DNA from: Chiloscyllium plagiosum
Taxonomy: Eukaryota
DNA length: 64,000 nucleotides
NCBI RefSeq assembly: GCF_004010195.1
Contig: NC_057749.1
Location: forward strand, 14,357,142-14,421,141
Reading direction: 5' to 3'
Below are positions 24,810 through 38,340 of this stretch, piece by piece. Every line of letters starts with the position of its first letter. Within the stretch, counting starts at the first letter, position 1. Below the pieces are notes generated by a model. The model was given only the letters and a program-made list of their open reading frames with translations, searched no databases and was not told where the DNA came from. The translations under genes were made by a program, and so were the position numbers.

Positions 24810-25850
24810 TATTCACGAGACTAAGATGACACTTATTACCTATCTCTAGGTGCCCTTGAAGTGGTGATGAGGAGTTTACTTCTTGAACCATTGCAGTACA
24901 TTAGAGAGAGAGTTCCAGGATTTTGACCCAGCAATACTGAAGGAACACTGAAATACATCCAAGTCGGGAAGGTAAGTGGTTTAGATGGGAACTTGCAATT
25001 CCCATGGTATTCCCATGTATTTGCTGCCCTTACCCTTCTCGAAGATACTGATCTCAAGTTTCAAAAGGTGTTGTCCAAGAAGCCTTAGTGAATTTCTGCA
25101 ATGCATTGTAGATAGTTAACATTGTTGCTACTGAGTGTCAGTGGTGAAGGGACTGAGTGTGTTTTGCGGATGTGTTACCGATCAAGTGGGCTGTGTGGTC
25201 CCAAATGGTGTCAAGCTTCTTGATAGAGTTGGAGTTGCATATGGCAGTGGGGGTATGGGCAGATTGATCTTGATCTAACACACTCCTGACTTGTGCCTTC
25301 TGGACACGCTGCGAGAAGTCAGGAGGTAGATTATTTACTGCAGAATTGATAACCTCCTGACCTGTCCTTGTAGCCAGAGCATTCATGAGGCTAGTCCAGC
25401 TTAGTTTCTGCACAATAATAATGGCCAGGATGTTGATAGTGGAGACTCAACTACGGCACACCACTGAAGTCAAAACACTCTCACTTGTGGGAGACGCTCA
25501 TTGCCTGGCACAGACATTTAACGTGACATTTGTCGGCCTAAACCTGTATATTGTCTAGGTCTTGCTGCATTTTTCACACTAACTGCTTCAGTTCCTGAGG
25601 AGTCATAAATGGTGCTGAACAGCAAACATCCTCACCTCTGACCTTATGATGGAGGGAAAGTCATTGACGAGGCAGCTGAAGATGGTTAGCCAAGACACTT
25701 CTCCAGGAACTCCTCCAAAGATGTTCTGGGACAGAGATGACTGTATTCCTACAGCGACAATCCTCCCCTTTTGTACCAGGTACAACTCCAACCAGCAAAG
25801 TCTCCCTAATTCCTATTGACTCTTGTTTTGCTATGGCTCCTTGATGCCAC
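24810..25850 (-). mobile_element. Non-LTR retrotransposon (CR1/L2 superclade) RT and 3' end, decayed
   Basis: Minus-strand ORF GGVPGEVSWLTIFSCLVNDFPSIIRSEVRMFA corresponds to RT motifs GVPQGS..PT.F..INDLP..FADD. Related pieces at ~50-260, 45545-46190 and 58845-59120. Confidence 0.75.
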
Positions 25851-26477
25851 TTACATGAAATATTGTGGCCAAAATTTAAACATTCAACAATATCCGGGCA
25901 ATTTCAAAGTGAATTAATTTAAAAAAAAACAGAATTGTTCCGACAAAGGAGGAGGTCGTTCAGCCCATTGTGTCTGGACCATCTCAGATTTCTGACTTAG
26001 TGCCATTCTCCTGCCTTTTTCAGTTACCATTCAATAATTGAAATTACAAATTGGAATTAACAGGCATCTATTGTTGTTCGTTATGGGTTTCTTTCAAATG
26101 ACAGCTCTTTATTCCAACAGTAACTCTACATTACATGGATAGCTTTGGGATTGATGAGCAGGGTCACTTTTTTTTATGTAAAGAAATCAAATTCCATAGC
26201 TATGAAATGGAAGCTAGGTTTATTTAAAACTGTTGTTTCAAAATGATCACATTCCATGATAAAGTTATTTATAACTTACCATTACCAAAAATGCTCAACT
26301 ATGTTAACTGTTGCCAAATGTCAATACTCTAGATTAGGCTACTCAGTTTTCTATTAAAGGAGGGTGACACTGACCACGTGAGCGTGTATGTTATTTAAAT
26401 TTAGCTTGTGAAATTTCATGGACAACCACAGACATCAAGCAGTTATTTCATTACCTGATGAGAGTGCTGAGTGTATC

Positions 26478-26654
26478 CAGAAGAACCTTGATTATCCGAA
26501 GGACATGGGCGGGGAGTATTTCACTCGCTTAATCGAATTCCAGATAATCAAATGCCGGATAACATAGTTTAACCAAGCATCGGGCTAATCTTGCGATCTT
26601 GCCAGATAATCCAATATTCGGATAATCTAATGCCGAATAATCGATGTTCCTCTG
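26478..26654. mobile_element. Tc1/mariner (pogo/Tigger-like) MITE
   Basis: Imperfect ~22-bp TIRs: cagaagaaccttgattatccga vs reverse complement cagaggaacatcgattattcgg. TA on the right flank; internal ggataatc repeats; non-coding. Confidence 0.7.
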
Positions 26655-26709
26655 TACATTGTCACAAATAGTTCCTCAATTTTAATAATTGAGGAGAACA
26701 ATTTAGCAT

Positions 26710-29700
26710 GTATCTCTAGACGGAGGGCGTCTAGGAAAACAAACAGCGAAACTCACAACTGATCTTGGAGGAACCTGTCTGAGAGAGCTCACTGCATAGG
26801 AACAGATAAGTGCTTCGTTTTTAACGTGTAACCTTGCTGTAAGACTACAGTAGTGAGTACACTGGGGTCTTTCTTGATTATATACTTTAGTGAAATCTGA
26901 CTCTTGATTAAATTTTAAAAATATAAACCATAAGTATGAAGTTAGCTTGAAGCACAGCTGCTCATAGAGCAAAATTACGGTGCTGTTTTCTGCGTCTGTA
27001 GATTGTGAAGGAACAAAGATGGCCTTCAGTAGAGCAATATACTCTTCTGGTCGATGTGGGAGTTCAGGGAGAGCTTATGTGTTGCTGAGGATTATATTTG
27101 CAGCTGGTGTGTATGGTTGCAAATCCTATCAGACCGAATGGATCAGTTAGAGCGACTATTAGAGGCAATGAGGAATTTACAAGAGCCTGGCTGTGATGGA
27201 TGGCAGTTATAGGAAGGGAGATAAGTCACAGATACAGGAAAGGAAGGAGAAGTGGGCAGGTAGCGCAGGGGTCTTCTGTGGCTATCCCCATTGAAACAAG
27301 TATGCTGTTTTGGAAAATGGAGGGGGTGATGGACTCTCAGGAGAATGTAGCACGAGCAGCCATGTTTCTGCTACCGAGAATGGCTCTAATGTAATGAGGG
27401 GTATGTCCGGTTCCGAGCAATCGATTGTGATAGAGGGCTCTACTCAGATGCACAAACAGACGTTTCTGCGGCCAGCAGGGAAATATCAGAATGGTGTGTT
27501 GTTTCCCTGGTGCCAGGATCAAGGATGTCTCAGAGAGGGTACAGAAGGTTCTCAAAGGGGAGAGCAACCAGCAGGAGGTAATTATATGCATTGGAACCAA
27601 TGATATTCGAAGGGAAAAGGATGAGATTCTGAAGGGAGAATATAGAGAGTTAGGCAGGAATTTAAAAAGGAGTTCCTCGAGGGTAGTAATATCTGGATTA
27701 CTCCCGGTGCTACAAGCTACTGAGGATAGGAACTGGAAGATAGAGCAGATGAATGCATGGCTTAGGAGCTGGTGCATGGGAGAAGGGTTCACATATTTGG
27801 ATCATTGGAATCTCCATTGGGGTGGAAGTGACCTGTACAAGAAGGATGGATTGCACCTGAATTGGAACGGGACTAATATACTGATTGGGAGATTTGCTAG
27901 AGTGGCTCGGGAGGATTTAAACTAATAAGGTTTTGGGGTGGGGATGGCACCCAGGCGATAGTGAGGAAAGAGATCAATCTGAGATTGGTACAGTTGGGAA
28001 AGGGTATGAGCCAAACAGTCAGGGCAGGCAGGGACAAAGCAGAGAACAAGGTAGGACCGATAAATTAAACTGCATTGACTTCAATGCAAGAGGCCTAACA
28101 GGGAAGGTAGATGAACTCAGGGCATGGTTAGGAACATGAGACTGGGATATCATAGCGTCGAGTGTGTGGTGCTGGAAAAGCACAGTAGGTCAGGCAGCAT
28201 CCGAGAAGCAGGACAGTCAACATTTCGGGCAAAAGCCCTTCATCAGGAATGCAGGATATCATAGCAATTACAGAAATGTGGCTCAGGGATGGACAGAACT
28301 GGCAGCTTAATGTTCCTGGATACAAATGCTTCAGGAAGGTAAGAAAGGGGGTCAAGAGAGGGGGTAGGAAATGGAATTTTTGATAAGGGATAGCATTACT
28401 GCTGTACTTAGAGAGGATATTCCTGGGAATACATGCAGAGAAGTTATTTGGGTGGAACTGAGAAATAAGAAAGGATGATCACCTTATTGGGATTGTATTA
28501 TAGACCTCCAAATAGTCAGCAGGAAATTGAGAAACAAATTTGTAAGGAGATTTCAGTTATCTGTAAGAATAATAGTGTGGTTACCTTTCTATACAAAGAC
28601 TGGGACTGCCGTAGTGTTAAGGGTTTAGATGGAGAAGAATTTGTTAAGTGTGTACAAGACAAATTTTCTGATTCAGTATGTGGACGTACCTACTAGAGAA
28701 GGTGCAAAACATGACCTATTCTTCGGAAATAAGACAGCGCAGGTGACTGAGGTGTCAGTGGGGGAGCACTTTGGGGCCAGTGGCCATAATTCTATTAGTT
28801 TTAAAATAGTGATGGAAAAAGATAGACTGGATCTAACAGTTCAAGTTCTAAATTCGAGGAAGGCTATTTTGACAATATTAGGCAATAACTTTCAAAAGCT
28901 GACTGGGGCAGATGTTCACAGGTAAAGGGATGGCTGGAAAATGGGAAGTCTCCAGAAATGAGATAATGAGAATCCAGAGAAAGTATATTCCTGTTAGGGT
29001 GAAAGGAAAGGCTGGTAGGTATAGGGAATGCTGGATGACTAAAGAAATTGAGGGTTTGGTTAAGAAAAAGAAGGAAGCATATGTCAAGTATAGACAGGAT
29101 AGATCAAGTGAATCCTTAGAAGAGTATAAATGCAGTAGGAGTGTACTTAAGAGGGAACTCAAGAGGGCAAAAAGGGGACATGAGGTAGATTTGGCAAATA
29201 AGGTTAAGGAGAATCCAAAGAGTTTTTATAAATATATTAAGGACAAAAGGGTAACTACGGAGAGAATAGGGCCCCCCAAAAGATCAGCAAGGCAGCCTAA
29301 TGTGTGGAGCTGTGTGAGATGAGGGAGATACTAATAGAGTATTTTGCATCAGTGTTTACTGTGGAGAAGGACATGGAAGATATAGAATGTGGGGAAATAG
29401 ATAGTGACACCTTGAAAAATGTCCATATTACAGAGGAGGAAGTGCTGGATGTCTTGAAACGCATAAAGGTGGATAAATCCCCAGGACCTCATCAGGTGTA
29501 CCCTAGAAATCTGTAGGAAGCTAGAGAAGTGATTGCTGGATCCCATGCTCAGATATTTGTATCATCGATAGTCACAGGTGAGGTGCCGGAAGACTGGAGG
29601 TTGGCTAACATGATGCCACTATTTACGAAAGGTGGTAAGGAAAACCAGGGAACTATAGATCGGTAAGCCTGACATCAGTGGTGGACAAGTTGTTGAAGGA

Positions 29701-30985
29701 CAGGATTTACACATATTTGGAAAGGCAAGGACTGATTAGGGATAGTCAGCATGGCTTTGTGCGTGGGAAATTATGTCTCACGAACTTGGTTGAGTTTTTT
29801 GTAGAAGTAACAAAGAGGATTGACGAGGGCTGAGCAGTGGACGTGATCTATATGGACTTCAGTAAGGCGTTCGACAAGGTTCCCCATGGGAGACTGGTTA
29901 GCAATGTTAGATTCCATGGAATACAGGGAGAACTAGCCATTTGGATATAGAACTGGCCCAAAGGTAGAAGACGGAGGCTGCTGGTGGAGGGTTGTTTTTC
30001 AGACTGGAGGCTTATAATCAGTGGAGTGCCACAAGGATTGGTGCTGGTCCACTACTTTTCATCATTTATGTAAATGATTTGGATGTGAGCATAAGAGGTA
30101 TAGTTAGTAAGTTTTCAGATGACACCAAAATTGGAGGTGTAGTGGACAGTGAAGAAGGTTACCTCAGATTACAATGAGATCTTGATCAGAGGGGCCAGTG
30201 GGCTGAGGAGTAGCAGATGAAGTTTAATTTAGATAAATGAGAGGTGCTGCATTTTGGAAAAGCAAATCAGAGCAGGACTTATACACTTAATGGTAAGGTC
30301 CTAGGGAGTGTTGCTGAACAAAGAGACCTTGGAGTTCCTTGAAAGTAGAGTCGCAGGTAGATAGGAAAGTGAAGAAGGTATTTGGTATGCTTTCTTTTAT
30401 TGGTCAGAGTATAGGAGTTGGGAGGTCATGTTGCAGCTGGTTAGACCATGTTTGAAATACTGCAGCAATTCTGGTCTCCTTCCTATCGGAAAGATGTTGT
30501 GAAACTTGAAAGGGTTCAGAAAAGAGTTAAGGATGTGGCCAGGGTTGGAGGATTTGAGCTATAGGGAGAGACTGAATAGGCTGGAGCTGTTTTCTCTGGA
30601 GCGTCGGAAGCTGAGGGATGACTTTGTAGTGGTTTATAAATGATGCGGGGCATGAATAGGATAAATAGTCAAAGTCTTTTCCCTGGAGTGGGGGAGTCCA
30701 GAACTAGAAGGCATAGGTTTAGGGTGATATAAAAAAGGACCATAAAGGGTACCTTTTTCATGCAGAGGCTAGTGTGTGTACAGAATGAGCTGCCAGAGAA
30801 AGTGATGAAAGCTGGTACAATTGCAGCATCCAAAAGGCACCTGGATGGGTTTATGAACTGAAAGGGTTTAGAGGAAAATGGGCCAAGTGCTGCAAGTGGG
30901 ACTAGATTAGGTTAGGCTATCTGGTTGGCATGGATGGGTTGGACTAAAGGGTCTGTTTCTGTGCTGTACATCTCTATAATTCTAA
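26710..30985 (+). mobile_element. Near full-length CR1 LINE, decayed: 5'UTR, ORF1 (SGNH esterase) and ORF2 (APE-RT)
   Basis: ORF1 CFPGARIKDV..CIGTND..ISGLLP..DGLHLN (27491-27925). ORF2 fragments LNCIDFNARGL, GLYYRPPNS, VDKSPGP, LFIIYVNDLD..KFSDDTK. Multiple stops and frameshifts; CR1 tail at ~30960. Confidence 0.95.
28157..28253 (-). mobile_element. Single-arm hammerhead mini-element (family A) inserted in CR1 ORF2
   Basis: 12-bp TSD ggatatcatagc at 28145-28156 and 28254-28265. Minus strand reads attc-CTGATGA-AGGGC-TTTT-GCCC-GAAATGTT-gac (28246-28219). Confidence 0.9.
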
Positions 30986-31426
30986 GTAATTTCACAATGC
31001 TGTGTTGTAAAGCACTTTAAAGTAACTGATGATTGCATGAGATTTCACATAGAAGAGAGACAAAATTAGGCACAGCTAAAAAGCTGGCTTTTGAGGAGGG
31101 CTATAAAGAGAAGTGAGATTTGACGTTGGGGAATGCATAATAACATTTTTGTTTCTCTCATATTTAGAATATACCTGCATATGAATATGAAATAGCACAT
31201 TCCTCAGGTACATGATTCAAATAAAATTATATCGTAAGAAAAGGCAGTTTTGTTTTTAAATGAGTATGCTAATATGAGATCTGAGAGACAAGCAGCAAAA
31301 CTTTTTTCAGCGCCAGGAGCAAATTCAGTTGTCGTAGTTTTTAAAATAATTGTTACACAAAATTCAACACAATGTTCAATATCATTTACATTTCTAATCC
31401 ACACGTCAACATTTCCCCTCAGTACG

Positions 31427-31748
31427 GGGCGGCATGGTGGCTCAGTGGTTAGCACTGCTGCCTCACAGCGCCAGAGACCCAGGTTCAATTCCCGTCTCGG
31501 GTAACTGTCTGTGTGGAGTTTGCACATTCTCCCTGTGTCTGCATGGGTTTCCTCCAGGTGCTCCGGTTTCCTCCCACAGTCCAAAGATGTGCAGGTTAGG
31601 TGAATTGGCCATGCTAAATTGCCCGTAGTGTTAGGTGAAGGGGTAAATGTAGGGGAATGGGTCTGGGTGGGTTGCTCTTCGGAGGGTCGGTGTGGACTTG
31701 TTGGGCCGAAGGGCCTGTTTCCACACTAAGTAATCTAATCTAATCTAA
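31427..31748 (+). mobile_element. HE1-like V-SINE, full length
   Basis: A/B boxes, V-domain, CR1-like 3' end gggcctgtttccacact and a (taatc)n tail. Confidence 0.95.
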
Positions 31749-31790
31749 TTTTGTGAAAAATACCAGGAATTGTAATGACAGTTATCTTCA

Positions 31791-32124
31791 TAGAATCACA
31801 GAATCCCTACAGTGTGAAAACACGCCATTTGGCCCTACAGGTCCACACCGACCTCCGAAGAGTAACTCACCTAGATCCATTCCCCTACCCTATTCCTCTA
31901 CATTTATCCCAGACTGATGCACCTAACTTACACATCCCTGAACACTAGCGCCAATTTAGCATGGCCAACTCATCTAACCTGCACATCTTTGGATTATGGG
32001 GGGTATCCCATGCAGACATGAGGAGACTGCAAACTCCACACAGACAGTTGCCAGAGGCTGGAATCGAACCCAGGTCCCTGGCGCCGTGATGCAGCGTGCT
32101 AACCACTAAACCACCGTGCCACCC
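31791..32124 (-). mobile_element. HE1-like V-SINE
   Basis: Reverse complement of the SINE consensus, tail-to-tail with 31427-31748. Confidence 0.9.
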
Positions 32125-34479
32125 ACTGTGTATAAAAAAAATTGTATAAAAAGTGTTCTGTAGAAAAGTAACAAACATTTAAACAATATGCACAAAAGTT
32201 AGAATCTGACAGTGCTCAAATAACATGCAGTACTCAAACTACATTACATACTATATAAGCAACATGGATGTCAAAAATAACCAAAGTATTGTCAACAGCA
32301 AACCTCCACTATTCTACAAAGACTGCACTCTTCATAATCTACAATATAGAACTGGATTCAAAATAGAAAATAAACATTAAAACTATTAGTACCAGCCATT
32401 TTTTGTAAATTATCTTCCAAAACTTTCATTGCACATTACAGTATGAAATGATGTAGGAGTTATTTCATGTCCAAACTACACAGCAGAATATTTTTCTCTG
32501 TTTCAATGTTATAATAGGCAAGTACTGAAAAAATACTCAATAAATGCACGTTCCCAGTCATAACAACATTCTCAGAAATTATTATATTCAGTAATGAATG
32601 TGGTACAAGAATACTATGCCTTTTCACACCAGTCTGTGCTCCCAATTGACCTTTGTTACTCTGAACAATTTTTTAATTTAAATGCTGTCAATTCTCCACT
32701 GGGGAAAAGAAAACAACCTGAACCAACTCATCCTCTAACCATCTTGATCATACTTGCTGAACACATCCAAATGCTGCAAACATCCTCACAACCTCAAAGC
32801 ACACACACTTCCTTTTAACATGCACTGCAGTTAACACTGATTTCAGGAATGAATACAGAATTTTCAGCTATCAGAATTTACCCCAATACTGCATGTTTCT
32901 GGTGAGTGCATATTAAAAATCAGCTGTTTCGAAAACATGAAGCAGTCAAAGATGTTGACAATGATTTGCTCTAAAATACAAGACATTGCCAATCTTTAAA
33001 GTGCGTAAAAATCCTCATTCAGCAAATTTATCTTAAAATTCATTTTTTTATTTGATACAAGCCTAATATTGAAAAGCTCACTAAAATCTGACCACCAACT
33101 ATTGATAATGTTCAATTTAACATTCAAGCAACTTTAAATGTAATTTAAACTGTAAATACCTATGTGGTAAGCTTTGTTCTGGAATTATTTGTATCAATCC
33201 TACTATAACCCCCTCAATCTACTGTGTGCAGTGCCCTACTTTTGCACAATGAGTTTAGTTTTCTGCATTGTTTTTATACATTTTTTATTTCCTTCTCCAA
33301 GAGCAGCACAGAACACCCAGAATAAGCTTCATCAAATGTTTCAAAGATGAATTTGAAAATATGTAACAAGAGATGAGTTGCACTGCAGGTCACATGCCTG
33401 TCTCACTTGAAAAGTCTTTTTTTAAAAATGACCTCAGTGATTTTTTTGCACGTCTCTTTTCATTCCCATTCTCCAAGCAACCAAATTAAATCTTATTTAC
33501 CATCATTTGTTTTCATGGATTCTCAATGTAACTTCTTCTCCTGCATGTATTTGCTTCTTCTCACATATTCAATTATTCAGCCTCTCTGGTTTCATGTCAA
33601 ACTTCCCCAGAGTTAATTTTCCCAGGCTACCTTCTCCCAACCCCCAACACTCTCTAATCTTCAGAAGAAACAACTTCAAACAGCATCAGTATACTCAGTA
33701 GAATTCACAGGAATCAGAGATTGGGGGGGTGGGGGGAACGAGAGACAGAGTGCACCAAGAGTCTTGCTTTAGAAACAAACCACAATGGTTCTGTTACCTA
33801 GATCTCAGAATAACCTTCAAATCATAATCCAAACAAAACAGCAAAAATAGCAAATTCTTATAGATGTTTCAGACTAATCTTTCTCAGCATACTGAAAGAC
33901 TTGTTTATAAATACCACAGTTAAATTTGAGAAATTTTGAGGTGAGCTGTTGCCTCAAATCTGCAGTATGAGTGCCATGACTATGTTCTAAACCATTGCTG
34001 AAGCTGTCCTAATAGTTCAGTGGTTAAAAATATACCACATGCCTGTAACATAGCCCAACAAAATAGAAAGGCCCTAGATCCAAATCTTGGTCTGCACTAA
34101 ATTAATGGGTTAGCAGTTCGTACATTGGGTTTGCTGGGTAGACAGAATACAAGTGAGAGAAAATACAAAACAGATTGGCCAGGTTCTTCACACCTGGCTG
34201 CCATTCAATAACCTTACAGGTACATTTGTGAACTTAATACAAGAGTAGGATCAGATTTACTCTAAACCCTTGATCAAACAGGTTGGCAGAATCGGGTTAT
34301 ACATTTCTCAGGATCTGCATCAGTTCCATGCAAATGATGTGTGAAATTATTGCATAAAATTATAACATCATAGAACGCTCACTGCTAAATTCCTTGACTT
34401 TGTAAAACAGGCAGAGCCGAGCACAGTGACATGAAAAGCTGAAAAAAAGAATAGCTTTCATTTATATAGCACCAACAGC

Positions 34480-35130
34480 AGGAAACTCTCAAAAAGAGAA
34501 TTGGCATTAAACAAGCAGTTAAGAAACAAAGTCCTTGGGGGTTGTAAAGGAAGAGAAGTTTAGAAGATTTGAGGTATGACGTACAACATAATGCAGTATT
34601 TCGAACATGAGGTTTAGAGGTTTTAAATTGAGATGTTGAGGTCAGAGTCAATTCAGATCAGCAACAGGCAATCAGTAAGCAGGACTGAATGCAGGTTAGG
34701 ATACTTAAAGATTAGGATACATGCACTTGAGCTTCATATAGGCTGAAGTTTACACCACAAGTGGAGCTTGGCCCGGGGACCACCGAAACAGTAGAGTCTG
34801 TCGATGATAAAGGCAAAGGAAACATTTTCAGCAGCAGATGGGATGAGACAGAGGGAGAGATGAACAAATGTTACAGAGTTTAAAGTTGATACCAACTTTG
34901 GACTGGAGGTAAGTTTGGGTGAGATGTTTAATTTCATATCTGACTCCCAAGTTAAAGTTTGGTTTAACACGAGAATAGCCTGGTACAGGGAGGGAATCAG
35001 TGACAAAAGCATGGATTCTGTGGTGGGCTCCAAAGATAATGGGTTTAGCTTTATCAATGCTCAACACCAAAAACTTATCAGAAAATGGAGCTGATACAGC
35101 AGTGGAAAAGATTTATGGAGAAGGAGAGGA
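34480..35130 (-). mobile_element. L2 LINE relic
   Basis: Minus-strand translation KAKPIIFG..FKLCNI../LSLCLIPSAAENVSFAFIIDRLYC resembles the L2 ORF2 C-terminus (HLRNIARLRP.LS..AAETL.HAF..SRLDY). Confidence 0.65.
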
Positions 35131-36223
35131 AAGAGCAGGCAAAGGATCATCCTTATTCTTCACGATGTACTCAGAAGGGAGTGATTTTAGCAGAGGACAG
35201 GGAGGCCTGATGGTATAGACCAGAAAAAATATCTACATAGTTAAATCAGTCACCAGAAATGCGCATGGATCTATGTAAACACACTTGCACATATTTTAGG
35301 CGTTTCAATTTTGAGTAGCAAATTAAGGTTTGCTTCATACACAAAAATGAAATTTTTCTGATTGCTCAAAGATCATGAAATTATTACCCCATATCATTTG
35401 TTAATTTAGTCATGGTAACATGCAAACCAAGGATACTTTTTTTGGAATCAAGATTCGTGAGATATCTCTCGAACCCTGGGAATCAAATTAAAATTCTGCA
35501 TTACTAGTTTCTAGTCACTAGAGGGAACTCAATAATTGAGAACTTTGAACTGTATATTCAGGCGTATAGGAAATGTGATTAGTCTAATTATCTATCTCCA
35601 GGACTCAGTAAATTAGTTTAAATATACATGATCTAGTTATGTTTGAAGGCCCAATAAACCAGCTGAAAGATTACTTTCTATTAGGTTCCAGTTATGACTG
35701 CAGCTGAAGGTGCTAAAAATTTTGAAACGCAAATTTTTACTGAATCTAAAGTTTACCTCATAAACTAGCCATTTGGAAAGTCAGTATGGGTGACTATATA
35801 TCTGGCTGTGCAGCTGCATCAAAATGTTCTGTTCCCATAGGAACTATTGTCTGGCTACCTTTACTCACACTGAACAATATCTTAGAAAAATGGAAAGTGT
35901 GTTACTGATAAGCAAACCTTAAGGGTTAAGTTGTGTACTCCAAGTATCTTAACAACCTTGGGATTTGCATATAACATTAAGGCAAGTATCTCCAAGTGGG
36001 GGCATTCAGGTTTAACAACGTGAAAAATTTAAGTTTCCAAGTTCAACAATATCCAAACTCACTTCAAATCACAATGGTCCCAAACTAAAATACTGCGAAA
36101 ACCAGCAAATGTAGTTACACACAAACTGCCTTTCCATATTTATTATGGATTTCTTAAAGGCTTGGTACCTAATAAATAACAAAACTGTAGATCTTAAACC
36201 AGTGGAGGGCTTCTTCTGATCAA

Positions 36224-36543
36224 AAAATGTGCTGCTGGAGAAGCGCAGCAGGTAAAAACAATGACTGCAGATGCTGAAAACCAGATTCTAGATTAGAGTG
36301 GTGCTGGAGAAGCACAGCAGGTCAGGCAGCATCCGAGGAACAGGAGAGTCAACCTGAATGCCCCCCACTCGAAGGTACGAGCCTTATTGTTATATGCAAA
36401 TGCCAAGGCTGTCAAGATATTTGAAGTACACAACTTAACCTTCTTAAGATTTGCTCCTCGGATGCTGCCTGACCTGCTGTGCTTTTCCAGCACCACACTT
36501 TTTGACTCTGATCTCCAGTACCTGCAGTCCTCACTTTCTTCCA
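36224..36543. mobile_element. Family A mini-element with inverted arms enclosing captured local DNA
   Basis: 15-bp TSD gcttcttctgatcaa at 36209-36223 and 36544-36558. The central 36351-36455 is an inverted, diverged copy of 35911-36012. Confidence 0.85.
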
Positions 36544-38340
36544 GCTTCTTCTGATCAATCTACAAGTATGGATAGAGATTAAGCCATGCAGCAGTATCTC
36601 TTGTTATCCAGTAAAGTCAGATTCCTAATCTAGGTTACCTTGCGATGGGTTAATGTTGAAGAATGGCCTTTCATTTCCTACAGTTCGGAGCAAATATTAA
36701 AGGAAGCATTAATTCAACTGACCAGAAATGTAGAGGGAGGAGAAATATTGGCTTTGTGGTGCTACTGTACATTTATCAAATTGGTATTGAATAAACTTGA
36801 GATTTTCACTTATTATGTGATTAAACATTCCAAAGACTTCTCAGAAATCTTAATTTTTGACAGAAGAGCCATTTATGTAAGCATGCCAGTCATTATTCTG
36901 AATGTTTTATGTTCCCTTATAAACAATGGGGCCTAGTGACGCAATAAACTTACTCTTCCGATTAACAGTTTCAGAATGATTTGAAAGGGGTGGGGGAGCA
37001 GAGTGAAGAAAATGTGGTGTGCAGAATAACTTACAATTTTTTTACCCTTGCAACAAAACACAAATGTTTATACTAACCTGACTGCAATGTCACAAATCCA
37101 ATGACACCTTCAAAATTCTGGCAGAGGCTTGTATGGAGCATAAACACTGTCACAGACCTGTACGACCAAATGGCCTACTTCCATGCTAGGTACTATGTAA
37201 TTCAAAGAAAGCGATATGGAAAAATTCAACTGTCAAAATTGATCAAATTTAAAATATAGCTAAAAATCACTATTATTGCTTTAATTTCCACACAGTTGTT
37301 AACAGATCTGAATTAAGCAACACTACGGGCATACGTAACTGACTGCCTCCAAGAGCATTTAGAAAAAGCAAGCCCAGTGCAGAAACGTATGTATGCGAGC
37401 ACAAGTGTGTGTGAGCAAGCGAGCAGGAAAGAGAGAGACAGGCACACTGTGTGTTTGGCAGGTTGTGGGGGGGGGGGGGGGGGCGGGTGGAAGAGATGTA
37501 TAAGAGCTCATCCCTCCTGAACAGTAGATCAAACTTCTCAACACTGACATTTTTGTTGCCACCAGAACTATGGAATCCACCTAAAATGAGGAATTCCACA
37601 GCACTAAAAATCCCAGCTTACATCTGACAAAAGATGCGCACACAAGTCTCTGCCTTTACTGCATTCAAGATTAGAAAACTATTTGGTCAAAATGCATTTT
37701 CATTGGTAACAGCCTTGAACGAAAGCTGTTGTTCTCCAGTCAGAATGTTGTTCTTTTACTATCATGGCTGTCCCTTCATTTGCAACAAAACTAGAACAGC
37801 AATTTTACAAACCATCCCATTGCACAACATTAAGTTTCAATAGCCAAAAGACTGCCATTATTTTGAAGTGGAAGTCATTACTTTTACAGGTTTATGCAGG
37901 TTGCAACTTTGCTCCGCAGGTCATAAATACCTAACATACTTTTGAAGGCCTCAGGAGATAAGAAAACTATTACACCATGCAAGCTGTCAAACTAATTTAC
38001 ATTTTACAAAATGACATATGCATAAAACTGAAGTAATACACTTCCTGCTAACTCTTCATACCTCCTTGTGTATGATACTTTTCAAGTCCACTTTTAACTG
38101 TAGAGCCTCTGTAATGCCAATTGCAGAAAAATGTGCATTAGATCCCACATTTATAGCTGAAATTTGCTTCCTTATCCCTTTAGTAGTGTCCTAGACCCAG
38201 ACTTCTGTCATTGCTTCCATCAATTACATGGTTTAGATTAGGAATTAAGATTGTCCTTAATTTTATTTTCTGGCATCAAACACTATCCAACCAACGTTCA
38301 CAGGCCCTTTGGGACTGATACATAAAACTTACCCAGCACT

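Noticed and set aside
31427..31500. tRNA-like heads (also at 16658, 53257, 54301) as tRNA genes
   Set aside because: Each continues directly into the V-SINE body and tail, so they are SINE promoters.
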